Source: Pelagomonas calceolata | Taxonomy: Eukaryota | Assembly: GCA_918797485.1 (NCBI GenBank) | Contig: CAKKNE010000004.1 | Location: 1,240,001 to 1,304,000, forward strand | Length of the DNA: 64,000 bases | Direction: 5' to 3' | Shown: piece by piece, positions 23,255-34,885 of the stretch | Layout: each line of letters begins with the position of its first letter | How positions within the stretch are numbered: the stretch's first letter is position 1 | Notes under the pieces: model-generated | The model's database searches: none | Told to the model about the DNA's origin: nothing | What the model saw: only the letters and a program-made list of their open reading frames with translations | Program-made: the position numbers and the translations under genes

Positions 23255-25578
23255 CTAATACAGCTCCGGCGCGACTTCCGCCGCCTCCTTCTGCTGCGCG
23301 ATGATCGCCTCGTCCATGTCGCAGCCGTGCTGGAGGCAGACGTCCGCGTCGTCGGACGCGCCCGCCATCGCCACGAGCGCTGACAATTCCGCATCTGATA
23401 ATAACGCGGCGTCGGCCTCCCACGGTTGGTCTGTGCTATCATCAAAGACGTTGAGCGTGAGGGCCGAAGACGCCTGCCGGCCCACCAACTGGACGAGGGA
23501 AGCGACGCCCTCGGCGCCGAGCAGAGCCAGCGCCGACTCCGACCTTGCAAGACCACGGTTCCGCAGTAAGTCGACGGTCGAAGCGTGCACGGCCGCATCA
23601 CGAGAGGTAGGTGCAAAGGGCGGCGCCGCGCCCCGCGCGAGAGCCGCGATCGCCTCGTCCTCGAGGGAAGCGATTCTCGCATGCTTCGCCGCCACAGACC
23701 ACGCCTGTGCACAGCGGTGGAAGTAGGCCGTGTTGAGTTGTACTATAGCTCTATCTCTATCACTCAAATGCTCACAAGGTTTTTCCAACTCTTGCAGAGC
23801 TTCCTGGACGATGGGTTCGGCGGCGGACGTCGTCGTCGTCGTCGTACTTGTGATCGTGACCTCCGCCGGCTTTGATAGAGGCAGTAAGTCGTCTTCAGAC
23901 CACGACATCTCGTTTACTACTTCTAAACAACATCTAGCGAGGTCCTCGACGGCGCTCGTCAATAACGCGGGGTCGTCGTCGTATCTAGGCGTCAACATAA
24001 AGCCACCAACGGGCACGAAGTAGGGCAGCACGCCTGCGTGGTGTAGTCTCGTGAAGACGCCATCGACGCGACCGCGTTCCCTTTGACACGCCGCGACGGC
24101 CCCGACGCGGTCCGAACCAGCTCAAAAACGAAAAAGAGACCACCCATGGCCTTGTCTGATGGATGCGAGTCGCGTCGACGGCGTAAGGCTGCCGGTAAGT
24201 CACGGGACGCCGTTCTCATACCGCGCTCGGCGCACTTCTTTTTGAGGGCCACATTTGCTGCGGTCCGCTCCGCTAGATCACTATGAGCAAATAAACCGCC
24301 CCACAACGCGCCCTGGCCCTGCGTTAATACTCTACCGCCCGAGTCCTGGCGTAGTTTTTGCAGAGTCGGCTTTACAGCCTTTTCTACTGCTCGGACGTTG
24401 TCCCGCAGCGACGTCAGGCGGTTCAAGAGGGCCGCACCGTTACATAAGGCGCGAGCTGAGGAGCCAGCATACGTGTGGGATTGCAATGCTGTTCGAGACG
24501 ATTGAGCTAACTGAGAAGCTCCCGTCAACAGAATCGCACCAGACAACAGGTGACCGGCACCCCCACCGATGGACTTGCCGAACGTGACGGCGTCGGGCCG
24601 CAGATCCCAGCACTCCGTCAGGAAGCAGCCCGTCGCGCCCCTCGCGTCTTGCCCGTGGCGCCCAAGACCGCACATGACTTCGTCGCAGATGACCGCCAGG
24701 CCTCTTCGCTTCGCCTCCGTGACGTAGGCTCTCAGCAATTGAGGGGGCCAGGGCGTCGAGGCGACCGAGCTGCCCCATTGGGGCTCGAAGAGCACCACTC
24801 CCAGCTCGTGCTCGTACGTGTCGAGGTACTCGATAAATTCAGCTAACAGGCGCTCGTGGAACTCCTCATCGCTTTCCTCTCTATACCGCAGGAAGGGCGA
24901 CGGGACGGGGTACCTCACAGGGTGTGTGAGTCCTTTCGCGGCGGCACCGAGCGGAATCCCACCACCGGGAGAGGTCGACGCGGGCCCGTGGTACGACGAC
25001 GCCCCGCAGGCGACTCTCGTACGCGCCGTCGGCGCCGTCAAATCAGCACCCGGTTGGGTGGCTTGAATGACCATGTCGATCGCGGCATGAACTGCCGAGG
25101 ACCCTTCCGCCTGGAGGTTCACGCACCAGTCGTCTGACTCTTGGGCCCATTGTGGCAAATGCGGGGCTAGCGCGTCGAGGAAATCATCCAAGGCTTGGGG
25201 CACGCCGGCCGAGGTATGGACTGATAGGGGCTCGGCCGGCTCGCCGCTCTCCAATGCGCGGAACGCCCGCTCTTCGATCTCGAAACCCTTCCGCAGCACG
25301 TCGGCCAAGTTCTTGCCACCTAGCACTTCCGACGACGCGCCGCCCAACACCCTTACCGGTTGCTCTTTCCCTCGCCAGGCAAATTGCATGCCGTTCTTGC
25401 TCGAGACGGTGGGCAAATTCTTGCCTAACGCGTATCTACCGGCGAAGCGGTCCGTCTCGTAGCCCGGGCCGGCGCTCATTCTTATTCTTAAACGCGGCGC
25501 GGGTGCGCGCAGGCCGGAGACGGCCGCGCAGAGGAGGAGCTGGCACGCTCTCCTTGCAATCCATGACCGCTGCATCAT
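23255..25578 (-). CDS. Class-III PLP aminotransferase fused to a C-terminal CMD/AhpD-like domain, plastid-type presequence; intron 24034-24221
   Basis: EGSSAV, SYHG, FEPQWG, ICDEVMCGLGRHG, PDAVTFGKSIGGG and HTYAG. The splice AERG|VLPYF joins ORF 23255..24031, which ends in LSDRDRAIVQL...LGAEGVASLVQLVG...LTLNVFD. Confidence 0.88.
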
Positions 25579-25925
25579 TGCTCGACGCCGCTGCTCGTGC
25601 GATCGATGCTGCGCTGCAAGGTCACGTCTTTAGCTGCTCATGGCCCAAAACCGAGCAGTATCGCAGCCGTTGCGTTGGCTGAAAATGACCACGACTGTGT
25701 CCAGCCGCAATCCAAGCTAGAGCTACGCTACGCTAGCTAGTTTTGGACGCCTGCGTCCATCGCTTTTTGCAAGCGCTTCCTCCACCGTAAGAGCATTGAA
25801 GCATCAGGCCAAAAAACTTTGCGACGACGATGACAAGGTCTGGCGCAAGCTTTTTGATCAGAGCCAGGCCTGCTTCGTCGTCGGCGCGGCGGCAGTATTC
25901 ATTTGTTCAGAGTGGTCGCAGAGCC

Positions 25926-27100
25926 ATGCTGCGACGGCAGGTTTGGGCGGCCGTGCTCCTGGCCGCGAGCTCTGGGGGTTTCATAGGCAGCAGGCCAGCC
26001 CCCACTCGTTCGTCGCCGCGGCGCTTCGCCGAGCCGAAGCGAAAGCCCGGCCAGCGCGGCAGCGCGCGCGCCAAGGAGCGCCTGCGCAAAGCCTTGGAGA
26101 AGGAGGGCGCGCCGCCGCCGCGCAAGGACCCGCTGCCGACGACGACCACGACGACGATCCCGTCTCGAGTAGAATTGAGGAGACGCGCGGGCTTGCCACC
26201 CCTAGAACCCTTATTGAGGAGAGCACCCGCAGATCTGACGGAAGCGTCGGTACCCTCGGCACCAAACGCGTTAGAAATCCCAGCAAGATGGCAAAAAGTA
26301 CCCGACTGCGAACGGCCCAATAAATGGCGCGAGCTCATGGACGACGAGGATTGTAAATTTGAAAAACAACAAAAAAAACTGTTAGGGGAAGGGAAAAAAA
26401 TAAACGACCCCTACGTCGAAATTATTCCGCAGCTCAAGACGCTCGACGACTTTTTGAAGGCCAACGCGCATGCGCAGTCACGGGAGAAGGCGCTCGTCGT
26501 CAAGTTTTATAGTAGGCAGTGCCGCGCGTGTTTGAGAATTGCGGCAAAATACCGAAGGTTGGCTCTCGAGAAGCGCGACGAAATTGATTGTTATGAGGTC
26601 GAATCTTTAGCGTCGCGGCCGCTGGTCGACGGCCTGAACGTGACGAAGGTGCCCAGCGTGCAGATCTACGATCCCGACGGCGTGACGCGCCTGGCCGACG
26701 GACCGTGCATGCCCGACGACTTCCCGCGGTGCGACCTCCGCGTTTTGATCGTGTCCATCGCACGAGGTCGTGGGTGGTCTCTTTGTCGGTTTTGAGGCGA
26801 AATGCTCCGCGCAGGCTCGAGAGGAAGGTCGACGTCGTGATACGGTCCATGCAGAAGCGCCGGTCGGCCCACAAGGTCGTCGCGCGGAGCTACGCGGCGG
26901 AGCTGTGTCACATGCGGTCGAAGGACTGCGCGCCGTCGCCGTCGTCCGTCTCGAGGATGTCGGAGGAGGAGTTCGAGGCCTTCGAGGCGGCCGTCTGCGC
27001 GATCTGCCCGCCCCAGGGGCGGTTCGGGAGCGCCCTGCGGACGAAGGAGAGCGCGGCAGCTGATCCCGAGTGGCCGCGGCCGGTTAGCGATGATGACTAA
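25926..27100 (+). CDS. Thioredoxin-like protein (CRAC) with plastid-type presequence; intron 26729-26814
   Basis: LVVKFYSRQCRAC and LNVTKVPSVQIY. The splice gives DFPR|LERKVD. Confidence 0.8.
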
Positions 27101-27163
27101 TGTACAGTATGTGTTATTGTACTAACATTTAGGACCGCGCGTCGATGGCGTAAAGGCGGTGTA

Positions 27164-27910
27164 CTACTCAAGCTTCCCGCCCTTGCAGACGCGCGGCCGG
27201 TCCGTCAAATCATAAGGCGCGGAGTAGTCGGCCAGGTCCTCGCACGTCCCGTTGACGGCGGGAAGTAAGGAAAAGTCGTCGGGGTAGGCCCCGCGCACGG
27301 CCTGTAGCGTCTCGGCGTCCGCGACGGCGGCGCGCGTCAGGTTCGAGGGCAAGTGGTGCGAGATGTTCCGCGCGTGAGATAGACGCATCGTCAGCCCCTG
27401 AGACCGCATCAATCCATCGAAGTCCTCCCCTAGAAACTCGAAGCGGAGCACGTATCTACAAGTACACTTCCCGGACGCGTCCCACAAAAACCAGGTCTGC
27501 GGCAGGAAGTGGCACCTATTAGGAAAGGGCGCGGAGAGCGCGCCGTCCTCGCGGCGGCGCCGCGCGACGTGGCCCGCGTGATACCGGATCCACCTCGTCG
27601 CGGCGGCGGCGTCGTGCAGCTTCTGTGACGAACCGCGATGCTCGAACTTGTACTCCGAGAGGAGGCGGTCGAGCGGGTCCCTTACCACACAAAACGTCTC
27701 CGCAGCAGGGTACAGCCGCTCCCTTGGATCAAGATCGCGCGGCGGCGTGTGCCAGTCGCAAGCACGCTTCCAGACGACGCCGTTCTCATTCTTCCCGCAC
27801 CGCTTCTTCTTGAAATCGATGCTCAGCGTTTCGATGGTGGACCCGGCGGTCTCGGGTATGTGTAAGAATGAGAGCGCGTCGGCCGCCACTAACAACATCA
27901 ACAAAAGCAT
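27164..27910 (-). CDS. Sulfotransferase family 2-like protein with signal peptide
   Basis: FLHIPETAGSTIE (5'-PSB-like), FCVVRDPLDRLLSEY (3'-PB), HFLPQ and LRFEFLGEDF. Confidence 0.8.
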   Translation of the reverse strand: MLLLMLLVAADALSFLHIPETAGSTIETLSIDFKKKRCGKNENGVVWKRACDWHTPPRDLDPRERLYPAAETFCVVRDPLDRLLSEYKFEHRGSSQKLHDAAAATRWIRYHAGHVARRRREDGALSAPFPNRCHFLPQTWFLWDASGKCTCRYVLRFEFLGEDFDGLMRSQGLTMRLSHARNISHHLPSNLTRAAVADAETLQAVRGAYPDDFSLLPAVNGTCEDLADYSAPYDLTDRPRVCKGGKLE

Positions 27911-27911
27911 A

Positions 27912-28307
27912 TTAACACGCCCGGTCGCGCCAGACGGGCGCATTAACGTCGTCAAAACCGTCCTGCACGCGCCACTGCCCACTCTGAGCGTCGAACCAGT
28001 TCGCACCGCGGTCGTTGACGGCTTCCAGGCGCGTCTTTAACTCCTCCGCTTGACGGAACTCTTCACGCCGCAGGGCGGCGTTCCGCTGCGCCGTCAGGGC
28101 CCTGACGTCCGCGTCGGCCGGGCGCGTCCACGTGTCCCCGGCCTCGACTTTCTGCCGCACGGCGTCGAGCGCGACGGCTTGTCGCTCCGGGTCCGAGAGC
28201 TGCTGCCACGTGATGCCTCGTTTTTGCGCCGCGACCCAATCGGATTCCGTTTCACAGGAATTGGGAAATGTGCCGGCGCGCCAGGCAGCCGACGTGGCCG
28301 ACGCCAT
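27912..28307 (-). CDS. Small protein with CysRS anticodon-binding-like helical motif
   Basis: VRALTAQRNAALRREEFRQAEELKTRL...D....WR resembles the cysteinyl-tRNA synthetase C-terminus. Confidence 0.5.
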   Translation of the reverse strand: MASATSAAWRAGTFPNSCETESDWVAAQKRGITWQQLSDPERQAVALDAVRQKVEAGDTWTRPADADVRALTAQRNAALRREEFRQAEELKTRLEAVNDRGANWFDAQSGQWRVQDGFDDVNAPVWRDRAC

Positions 28308-28526
28308 GCACTACTCGGCCGCGCTCAGCTAGACGGCTGCCCCGCGGCGGCGCTAGCTGCCCAGCACCACACGCGGCTGCCCCCACGCGCCGACGGTGTT
28401 TCCCGCGGCGGGCGTCGACCCGCTGGCCTTTCCGAGGCAGGCGGCGACTCGCTGCGCCCGGCGTTGCCCGGAGAGTCGCACTCGGGCAAGCGTTGTGCGG
28501 CGTTTTGCGCGTGTTTTGCGTGCTAG

Positions 28527-28548
28527 CTAGTATGTTACATGCCGCTAG
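28527..28548 (-). promoter_or_regulatory. 22-bp CTAG-bounded upstream motif
   Basis: Reverse complement CTAGCGGCATGTAACATACTAG in a divergent intergenic region. Confidence 0.65.
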
Positions 28549-28748
28549 CTCATTGCTTGCAAAAAAAGCGTACAGCTCGACGCTGGCACGGAGCTGGACG
28601 CGGAGAGGTCTGAGACGCGCGAAATAAGTGCAAGAAGCGACCTACGCGGCGCCGGCCTCGCAGGTGCCGCCGCGGCCGCCGCCGAGCCCACACCTGATCA
28701 GCTGAGGCAGCAAAAAACCGGCAGCACTCGACCGACGCACTAAAAAGG

Positions 28749-31087
28749 ATGGACTTCGAGCGCGTCATCTTCCGGGTGCACGCGGCCGCATTAGGACCTT
28801 TAGAGAGAAACGAGGAGCGCTGCCGCGTGAAGCCGCGCGAGGCGTGTCGGGCGTGCTCCGAATGTTTGTTAGTGGTGGCGGTGGGACTACTCCTCGTGAC
28901 GACCGCTTTACACGCGACGCTGGGCACGGACCGCTGCCTCGCGCCTCGACTGAAAGAACGATTAGGCAGATACGACAACGGTTCTTACGTGGATTGGCGC
29001 CTCCCGAGAGACGCGGTCGTCAAAATCCGTTTAGTGAACGAGCTCCCCGACGACGACGACCTTTTTGTGGGGGAGAACGGCGTGGCGCCGCAGCGCCACG
29101 ATGATGATGATGGGATCCCGGGCGACTTCCGGCGGCTGGGCGAGTGCCCTTTGCTCAAACCGGCCCCTTCTTCCGAATGCGATGGTGTCTTGAACTGCGA
29201 CGCGCGCATGGCCCCGGATACTGTCTGTGGAGGCGACGATAAGTGCGGCACCGTTGCCAACGGCTGCTACAAAGTGCAGCACGCGCACCACACGCCCGCA
29301 CCTTCACCATTTAGATGGCGCGTGCCAAGCGGCGACTACACGCTGGCCAGGGACCTCCACCTCCTAGCTTTAAATGATGCATTCCTGGCGGAGCACCGCG
29401 TGCGCGCGTACAACGTCTCTGTCTCGATGCGATGTCTAGATGCGGCAAGTGCCCTCGCAAGTGTCTTCCACCGCTACGTGCTGGGCTACGACACGCCGCT
29501 CGCGAACCAGGCCATGGAGACCCTCGGTAGTAGTGGTGCATTACGAAACGACAACACAAACATAATTACAAGGTGGCGCCGCTCCGACGCGCGACGACGG
29601 CGCCTGTCCCAGCGCTTGGGTGCCGAGGCGGCGTTTAAGTGGTTGCTGCGGCGCGCTGGCGTCGCGGTGACGTCACTACTCGCTTTATTTTTATTATCGA
29701 CCGTAACAGCTGCCGTGTTACGTGTTCTGGTGGCCTCAGGAGTCTGCGGCGCCTTCGCGTTGTGGTATTTACTGTCCAGCACTAGATTCGCGCAACGACT
29801 CGATTTCCAAGCACTAGCGCGCGCGTATCCGTGGCTCGGAGCTGTGTGGCAAGCAACCAGACGCCTTCACGCCGTCGACGCGACTCGTGACGCCGTCGAC
29901 GCGACTCGTGGCCATCTCACGAGGTCGTGGGTCGTTTCTTTTTTGCTGAAGAGGCCGTTCGGACCGCGTCGGGGCCGGGTGCCGCGCGCGACGGGTGAAA
30001 GTTTGAGAACGGTGGTGTCGGGTGGTGTGCGTCGGCGGGGCGCGGTCGGGGGACTCCGGACGTCGCGCCGACGGCGTTGGTGCGTCTTGGGACGCCTCGA
30101 GCCGCCGCGCCTTCGGCGGCCGCCGTCGCGGCGTCGTCCGCCGCCCGCCACGCCGTCGACGGAACGCCTGCTCGATGGCGTGGCCCGTGTCGGTTCCTTG
30201 CCGCTCGACGGAGCCAGCACGTTCGCGTTTTCGCCGAGAATGGACTTCGTGAAGAATTGTCGGGTGCACCCGACACACTGGAGCATCGCTGTCTCTCGAC
30301 GCGGTCCGAACGGCCCCAAACTCGAAAATGAAACCACCCACGACCTCGTCTGACGGACACGAGTCGCGTCGATGGCGTGGAGGACGACGCGGCGATTCAG
30401 CACGAACGCGCCGTAAAATTTTGATTTCCACACAGGTTGGGAGCACCGCTGGAACTCCTACGAGCCCAAGGCCGCGAGGGCACGTCACTCCTATGCGCCC
30501 ACGCCGTTCGCGTCGTCGTAGCCTACGCGTTGTATGAAGCGGCGCAGTTCGCGTTCGCAAGGTGGCTCTACTCTCCACCTTTACCACCAGCATTGGGATT
30601 GTGCTGCTTCGGCCTCATGCTCGGCTGGGAGTACGCGACGCTGGCCCACTGCCGCTCGGCCGCATCCATCGCGTTCCTGCCAAAACTCAATGCACTGTAT
30701 TTCTTGGCATGTCACGGGACGTTTTATGCTGTCAGTAGACCGTACGCTCTCCTGAACTGCGGCGTCGCGGCTTTATTTATGTGTCATGCTACGCTATACT
30801 GCATCCTGGAGCTGGAGTTACCTGCCTTGGTGCGCGGCGACATCGACGCCACAACACCACGCGCGCGACGGACGGAGCTCCCGTGGCCGGCGCTCGACGC
30901 GATGCTGCCGCCGACGTGGTCGTTGTACATGCCTCTGGTGCCGAACGACGACGACCAGTTCCCCGAGGAAGAGGACATGCCGGCGGAACTGCCGCGGCCA
31001 CCTCCTCCTGCCGAGGATGAGGACGACGGTGTGGAGCTCGTGGACTTAAATAGGGCGCCGGCGCCGGCCGTCGCCACTACTGAGTAA
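28749..31087 (+). CDS. Membralin (TMEM259)-like membrane protein; intron 29834-30435
   Basis: N-terminal ERVIFRVH, TM segments and C-terminal WEY..HCRSAASIAFLPKL..YF...ELPAL, typical of membralin. The splice gives AYPW|LGAPLE. Confidence 0.75.
29842..30435. mobile_element. Long composite introner element (594 bp) with TIRs and sub-terminal inverted repeats
   Basis: CTGTGTGG ... TTGATTTCCACACAG ends; diverged TSD GCTCGGAG/GTTGGGAG. Contains family C sequence in both orientations plus family A internal sequence. Confidence 0.85.
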
Positions 31088-31096
31088 TTGTATTTG

Positions 31097-33064
31097 TCAC
31101 AGTTTAGTCAGGAGCTTCTCCCCGGCGCGGAACTCGGAATCGGCCACGGAGGACATCATCTTTTGGAACTCGTCACGCGACAGCTCCCCGTCCCCGGCGA
31201 CGTCATGGGACGCGATCCACTTTTGGACATCTGATGCGTCGACTTTCACGCCCAGACCCGCCGCGCAGGCCATGACGTCCGACGCGGTTATCTTACCGGT
31301 ATGCGACACGTCGAGCGCCGCGAACGCCGCGTCGACAAGTTGCGCAACTAAGTCACCTCTTGTAGCTAACAGAGCACACTTGAACTCGTCCTTCGTCACG
31401 ACGCCGTCGCCGGCCAGGTCCGCGTGGTCGAACGCCAATTCTAAGTCTACTCGCCTTAAACGGCCGTGAGCTAATCGCAGTACTTCATTTCTCCGTACTA
31501 AACCTGTCGAATCCGCGTCCAGCGCCTCAAACAACTGATCGGCCTCCTTCGCGAACGTAGACACTTTCGGGGTGGATACTACAGATCTGAGAGCCAAAGC
31601 TTGGACGCCGTCCAAGCGCGTTCGTCGCAGCCGCTCGAGCACATCATCTGGTAGCGCCGGCGCTTCTACCACAGAAGCCGCTTCATCCAGCCACGGGAAT
31701 GAGCGTAGAGCGTCCTTGGCGCGGATTCTCTTGGCTGGATCGCATCTAGCCAACGCCCGTGCCACGTCCTGCGCGGAACGACACCATCACGACAACTCTC
31801 TCACGAGACGCGTCGACTCTCATGCGGCCGCATCGACGCCGTCGAGGCGGTGCGGCTTCGTGGAGACGCCATCGTCTCCACCAGATCAAGTTCAAGGTCA
31901 TTTTCTGCTCTGAGTCACTCGCCCTCGCGGCTTTGTTCACGCGACTCCATTTCTTATCGCTAAAATCAATGAGAAACGGAACGTCACAAGAAGCCAGCGC
32001 CAAGTTCGTGTCCACCTCGATGTCGGACAGCGGGTGTTTCCCCGTCAAGAGGAGAGCTACTAAAACACCAGTGCTATACTCGTCCACACTACTGTCGTAG
32101 GGCTTATGTCTTAAAATCTCGGGAGCCGCATACACCTTCGTGCCGACGAAGGAGTCCATCAATTGTTCATAACCCTTTTTGGACTGGACTGCAGTAGCTT
32201 GGCCCTTCTCGAGGATCTTGCTGCAGCCTGTGCGGAACGACGCCGTCACGAGACCGCCGTGGCTCTCTCGCGAGACGCGTGGACTCTCATGCGACCACGA
32301 AGACGGCGTCGAGGCGGCGCGGCATCGCGTCGACGCCGTCACGGCGACCACGTCATGCGCGGAGCATCGTGGTCCCTCGACTCGGTCCGAACGGCCCCAA
32401 AATCGAAAATAAGACCACCCACCACCTGCTCTCCCGGAGACGACGCGCGTCGATGGCGTGAAGGCGCCGCAGCACCGCGGGACGCCGAGCCAGCACCGAA
32501 GTCCGCCACTTTAATGACAAAGCTCCGCCGGTCCCTCACGAGCACGTTGTCCGGCTTGATGTCGCGGTGGACCACGTTCCGGTCATGGAGATAAGCTACT
32601 GCCTTCAAAATCTGCCTCGTGGCCGACGCCGCGTGACCTTCGGTGAACGACAGGTGTTGGTGCCCCGTCCGCGACGGCGCGTGCGTCGCCCATCCTAATA
32701 AGTCGCCGCCCGTCGCTAACTCTTCTACGAGTAACACGGACGTGGGCCGGTCATACACGTCCCGCAGCTGCAAGATGTTCTCGTGCCGGCCGTACTCTCT
32801 TAGTATAGTAATTTCCGTCCGTAACGACTCGAGGAGCTTCTCGTCGCCGCCCGTGCGTCGTCGCTTGGCGATGATCTTCAGAGCGTACGTGTCTCTTGAT
32901 TGTTTGTCCTCTATGAGAACTACTCGGCCAAACGATCCTTGCCCTAGGAACCGTTCCTCCGTCAGGCCCGAGACTTTCCTCGCGTATTTCTCTTGGAAAG
33001 GTGTCGTGGAGCACAAGCTTGGATCTAGTCGCGCCGTGCTCAGGTTGGACTGGAGGCAGCCCAT
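31097..33064 (-). CDS. Calcium-dependent protein kinase (CDPK-like: kinase + EF hands); introns 32228-32496, 31769-31922 (GC-AG)
   Basis: N-terminal MGC acylation motif, GQGSFG, ALKII, HRDIKPDN, DFG|CSK, GTKVYAAPE and EF loops DADSTGLV, DLAGDGVVTKDE, DVAGDGELSRDE. Confidence 0.9.
32228..32496 (-). mobile_element. Chimeric repetitive intron (family C 5' half + family B 3' half)
   Basis: The 5' part matches 61618-61750 up to GATGCTCCGCGCA, followed by family B-type TGACGTGGTCGC...GAGAGTCCACGCG...GTCGTTCCGCACAG. Confidence 0.7.
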
Positions 33065-33211
33065 CGTGTGCGATAGGTGGGCTGCCCTCCGCTGCCGCGC
33101 CGGAGCCGCAGCGATGGAGGGGGCCGGGGGCTTTGCGAAACGGGTTCGTGCGTGCAGCCTCGGGCAACTCAGCCGCAAGGCAGGGGTCTCCGGGCGAGGA
33201 GCAAGCTTTAG

Positions 33212-33233
33212 CTAGCGGCATGTAAGGCACTAG
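33212..33233 (+). promoter_or_regulatory. 22-bp CTAG-bounded upstream motif
   Basis: CTAGCGGCATGTAAGGCACTAG (identical to 50371) in a divergent intergenic region. Confidence 0.7.
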
Positions 33234-33402
33234 CAACCTCGGCAGCAAAGCCAAAAAACGCCTGTTATAGAGCGCGCAGCAAGCTGTATAACAAGGCAAG
33301 TTTATAATTCGTGCTATCATCCAGCCCTGCGTTGAATAACCCACGTCTTCTGCATCAATAAGTGCAGATTCAGCAATACGCCATCGGCGCGCGACGGCAG
33401 CG

Positions 33403-34885
33403 ATGAGCCGCGTTGATGAAGACGCCAAGAAGTGGCGTAGAGATGTGGGCCTCAACTCGCTCTTCTCGAACACAAGACCAGCAATACCTAGAATACTAGC
33501 ATTACTACCCCTCGCCGCATCATTAACGGCACTATCAATATGCCTCCCTCCTGACCTGCGACCGTTGGCACTAAGAAGCTGCGGCATTGGATTGGGGGCC
33601 TACCTCACGACTGTGCACCTCGTGCCGGTCATCTCGAAGAAAATTCCGCGAAGCAAATTCGGGTGCGATTTACTCAAGCGGCCACCAAGGCTACAAATTG
33701 ACAATAAAGATAAAACCATACCGGAGTCCCTCGGGCTGGTGAGCGGTGTGGTCTTCGTCCTCGCTCTCGTGATCTCGGACGCGATTGAAGCTGATCACGT
33801 CGTCGACGCCCATACACTAGCTGCGGCCACTTTGGCCATAGCCTTAGCAATCCTACTGGGCTTCGCGGACGACATCCTCGACTTAGAATGGAGATATAAA
33901 TACGCGCTACCGCCGCTCATGGCGCTACCGCTACTGGCCGCGTATAGTGGCGGGACCGTCATACGACCGCCCGTACTGGTACGGAGGTATCTGACGGAAA
34001 CGAAGCTGGGCGACGTCGCTGATTATCTCCTAAAGTTGGTCGGCGGGTCGGTCGTGCCCGAAGCGATGGGATTAGTGGACCTGGGACGGGCCTACCAGGT
34101 CAGTGACTCGGAGCAGAAAATGAACTTGAACTTGACGTGGTCGCGTCGATGGCGTCGATGCGGTGCCGCGTCGCGTCGACGTCGTCGACGTGGCCGTCAG
34201 AGAGTCTACGCGCTGCGTGAGGGAGCCGCGACAGTTTCGCGACGGAGTCCATTCCACACAGATCTACATGGTGCTACTGGTCGTCTTCTGCACGAACGCC
34301 GTGAACATCTACGCCGGCGTCAACGGCCTCGAGTGCGGCCAGGTCTACGTCATTGCCTGTGCCATCCTGGCGATGGCGGCCATAGAATTACAACACGATC
34401 GCTCGGAGAACTACACGCTGTCCATCGTCTTCCTGCCCCCCTTCATCGCCACGACCCTAGCTCTGCTGCGGAGCAACTGGTACCCGGCGCGAGTTTTCGT
34501 CGGAGATACCTTTACGAACTACGCGGGGATGGCGCTGGCGGTCGTGGCCATACTGGGCCATTTCCCCGTCATGCTCCTGTTGCTGATGGCGCCGCAACTC
34601 ATAAACTTTCTCGTGTCCATCCCGCAGTTATTCAAGCTGAGGCCGTGTCCTAGACACCGCTTACCGACGTACGACGAACGCACTGGACTACTACGGTGTT
34701 CGTACGTCAACGATAGAGTGAAGATTACTGAAAATGATGGCATGAACCTGACGCTCATCAACGTGGTGTTACGCTTAAAACCGATGACGGAGCCGGCTTT
34801 GGCTGCGACGCTGTTGGTGCTCCAGGCGTTGTGCTGCGCTCTGGCGCTGTTTTTGAGATTTGGGTGGGCGGGGGGGATCTACTAG
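33403..34885 (+). CDS. DPAGT1: UDP-GlcNAc:dolichyl-phosphate GlcNAc-1-P transferase; intron 34099-34261
   Basis: IPESLG, LLGFADDILDLEWRYK, FCTNAVNIYAGVNGLE, NWYPARVFVGDTF and PCPRHRLP. Confidence 0.95.

Noticed and set aside
18077..25578. Bacterial contamination or operon as the source of the KamA/aminotransferase/AACS genes
   Set aside because: All three carry host-type spliceosomal introns and eukaryotic presequences, and they alternate strands.
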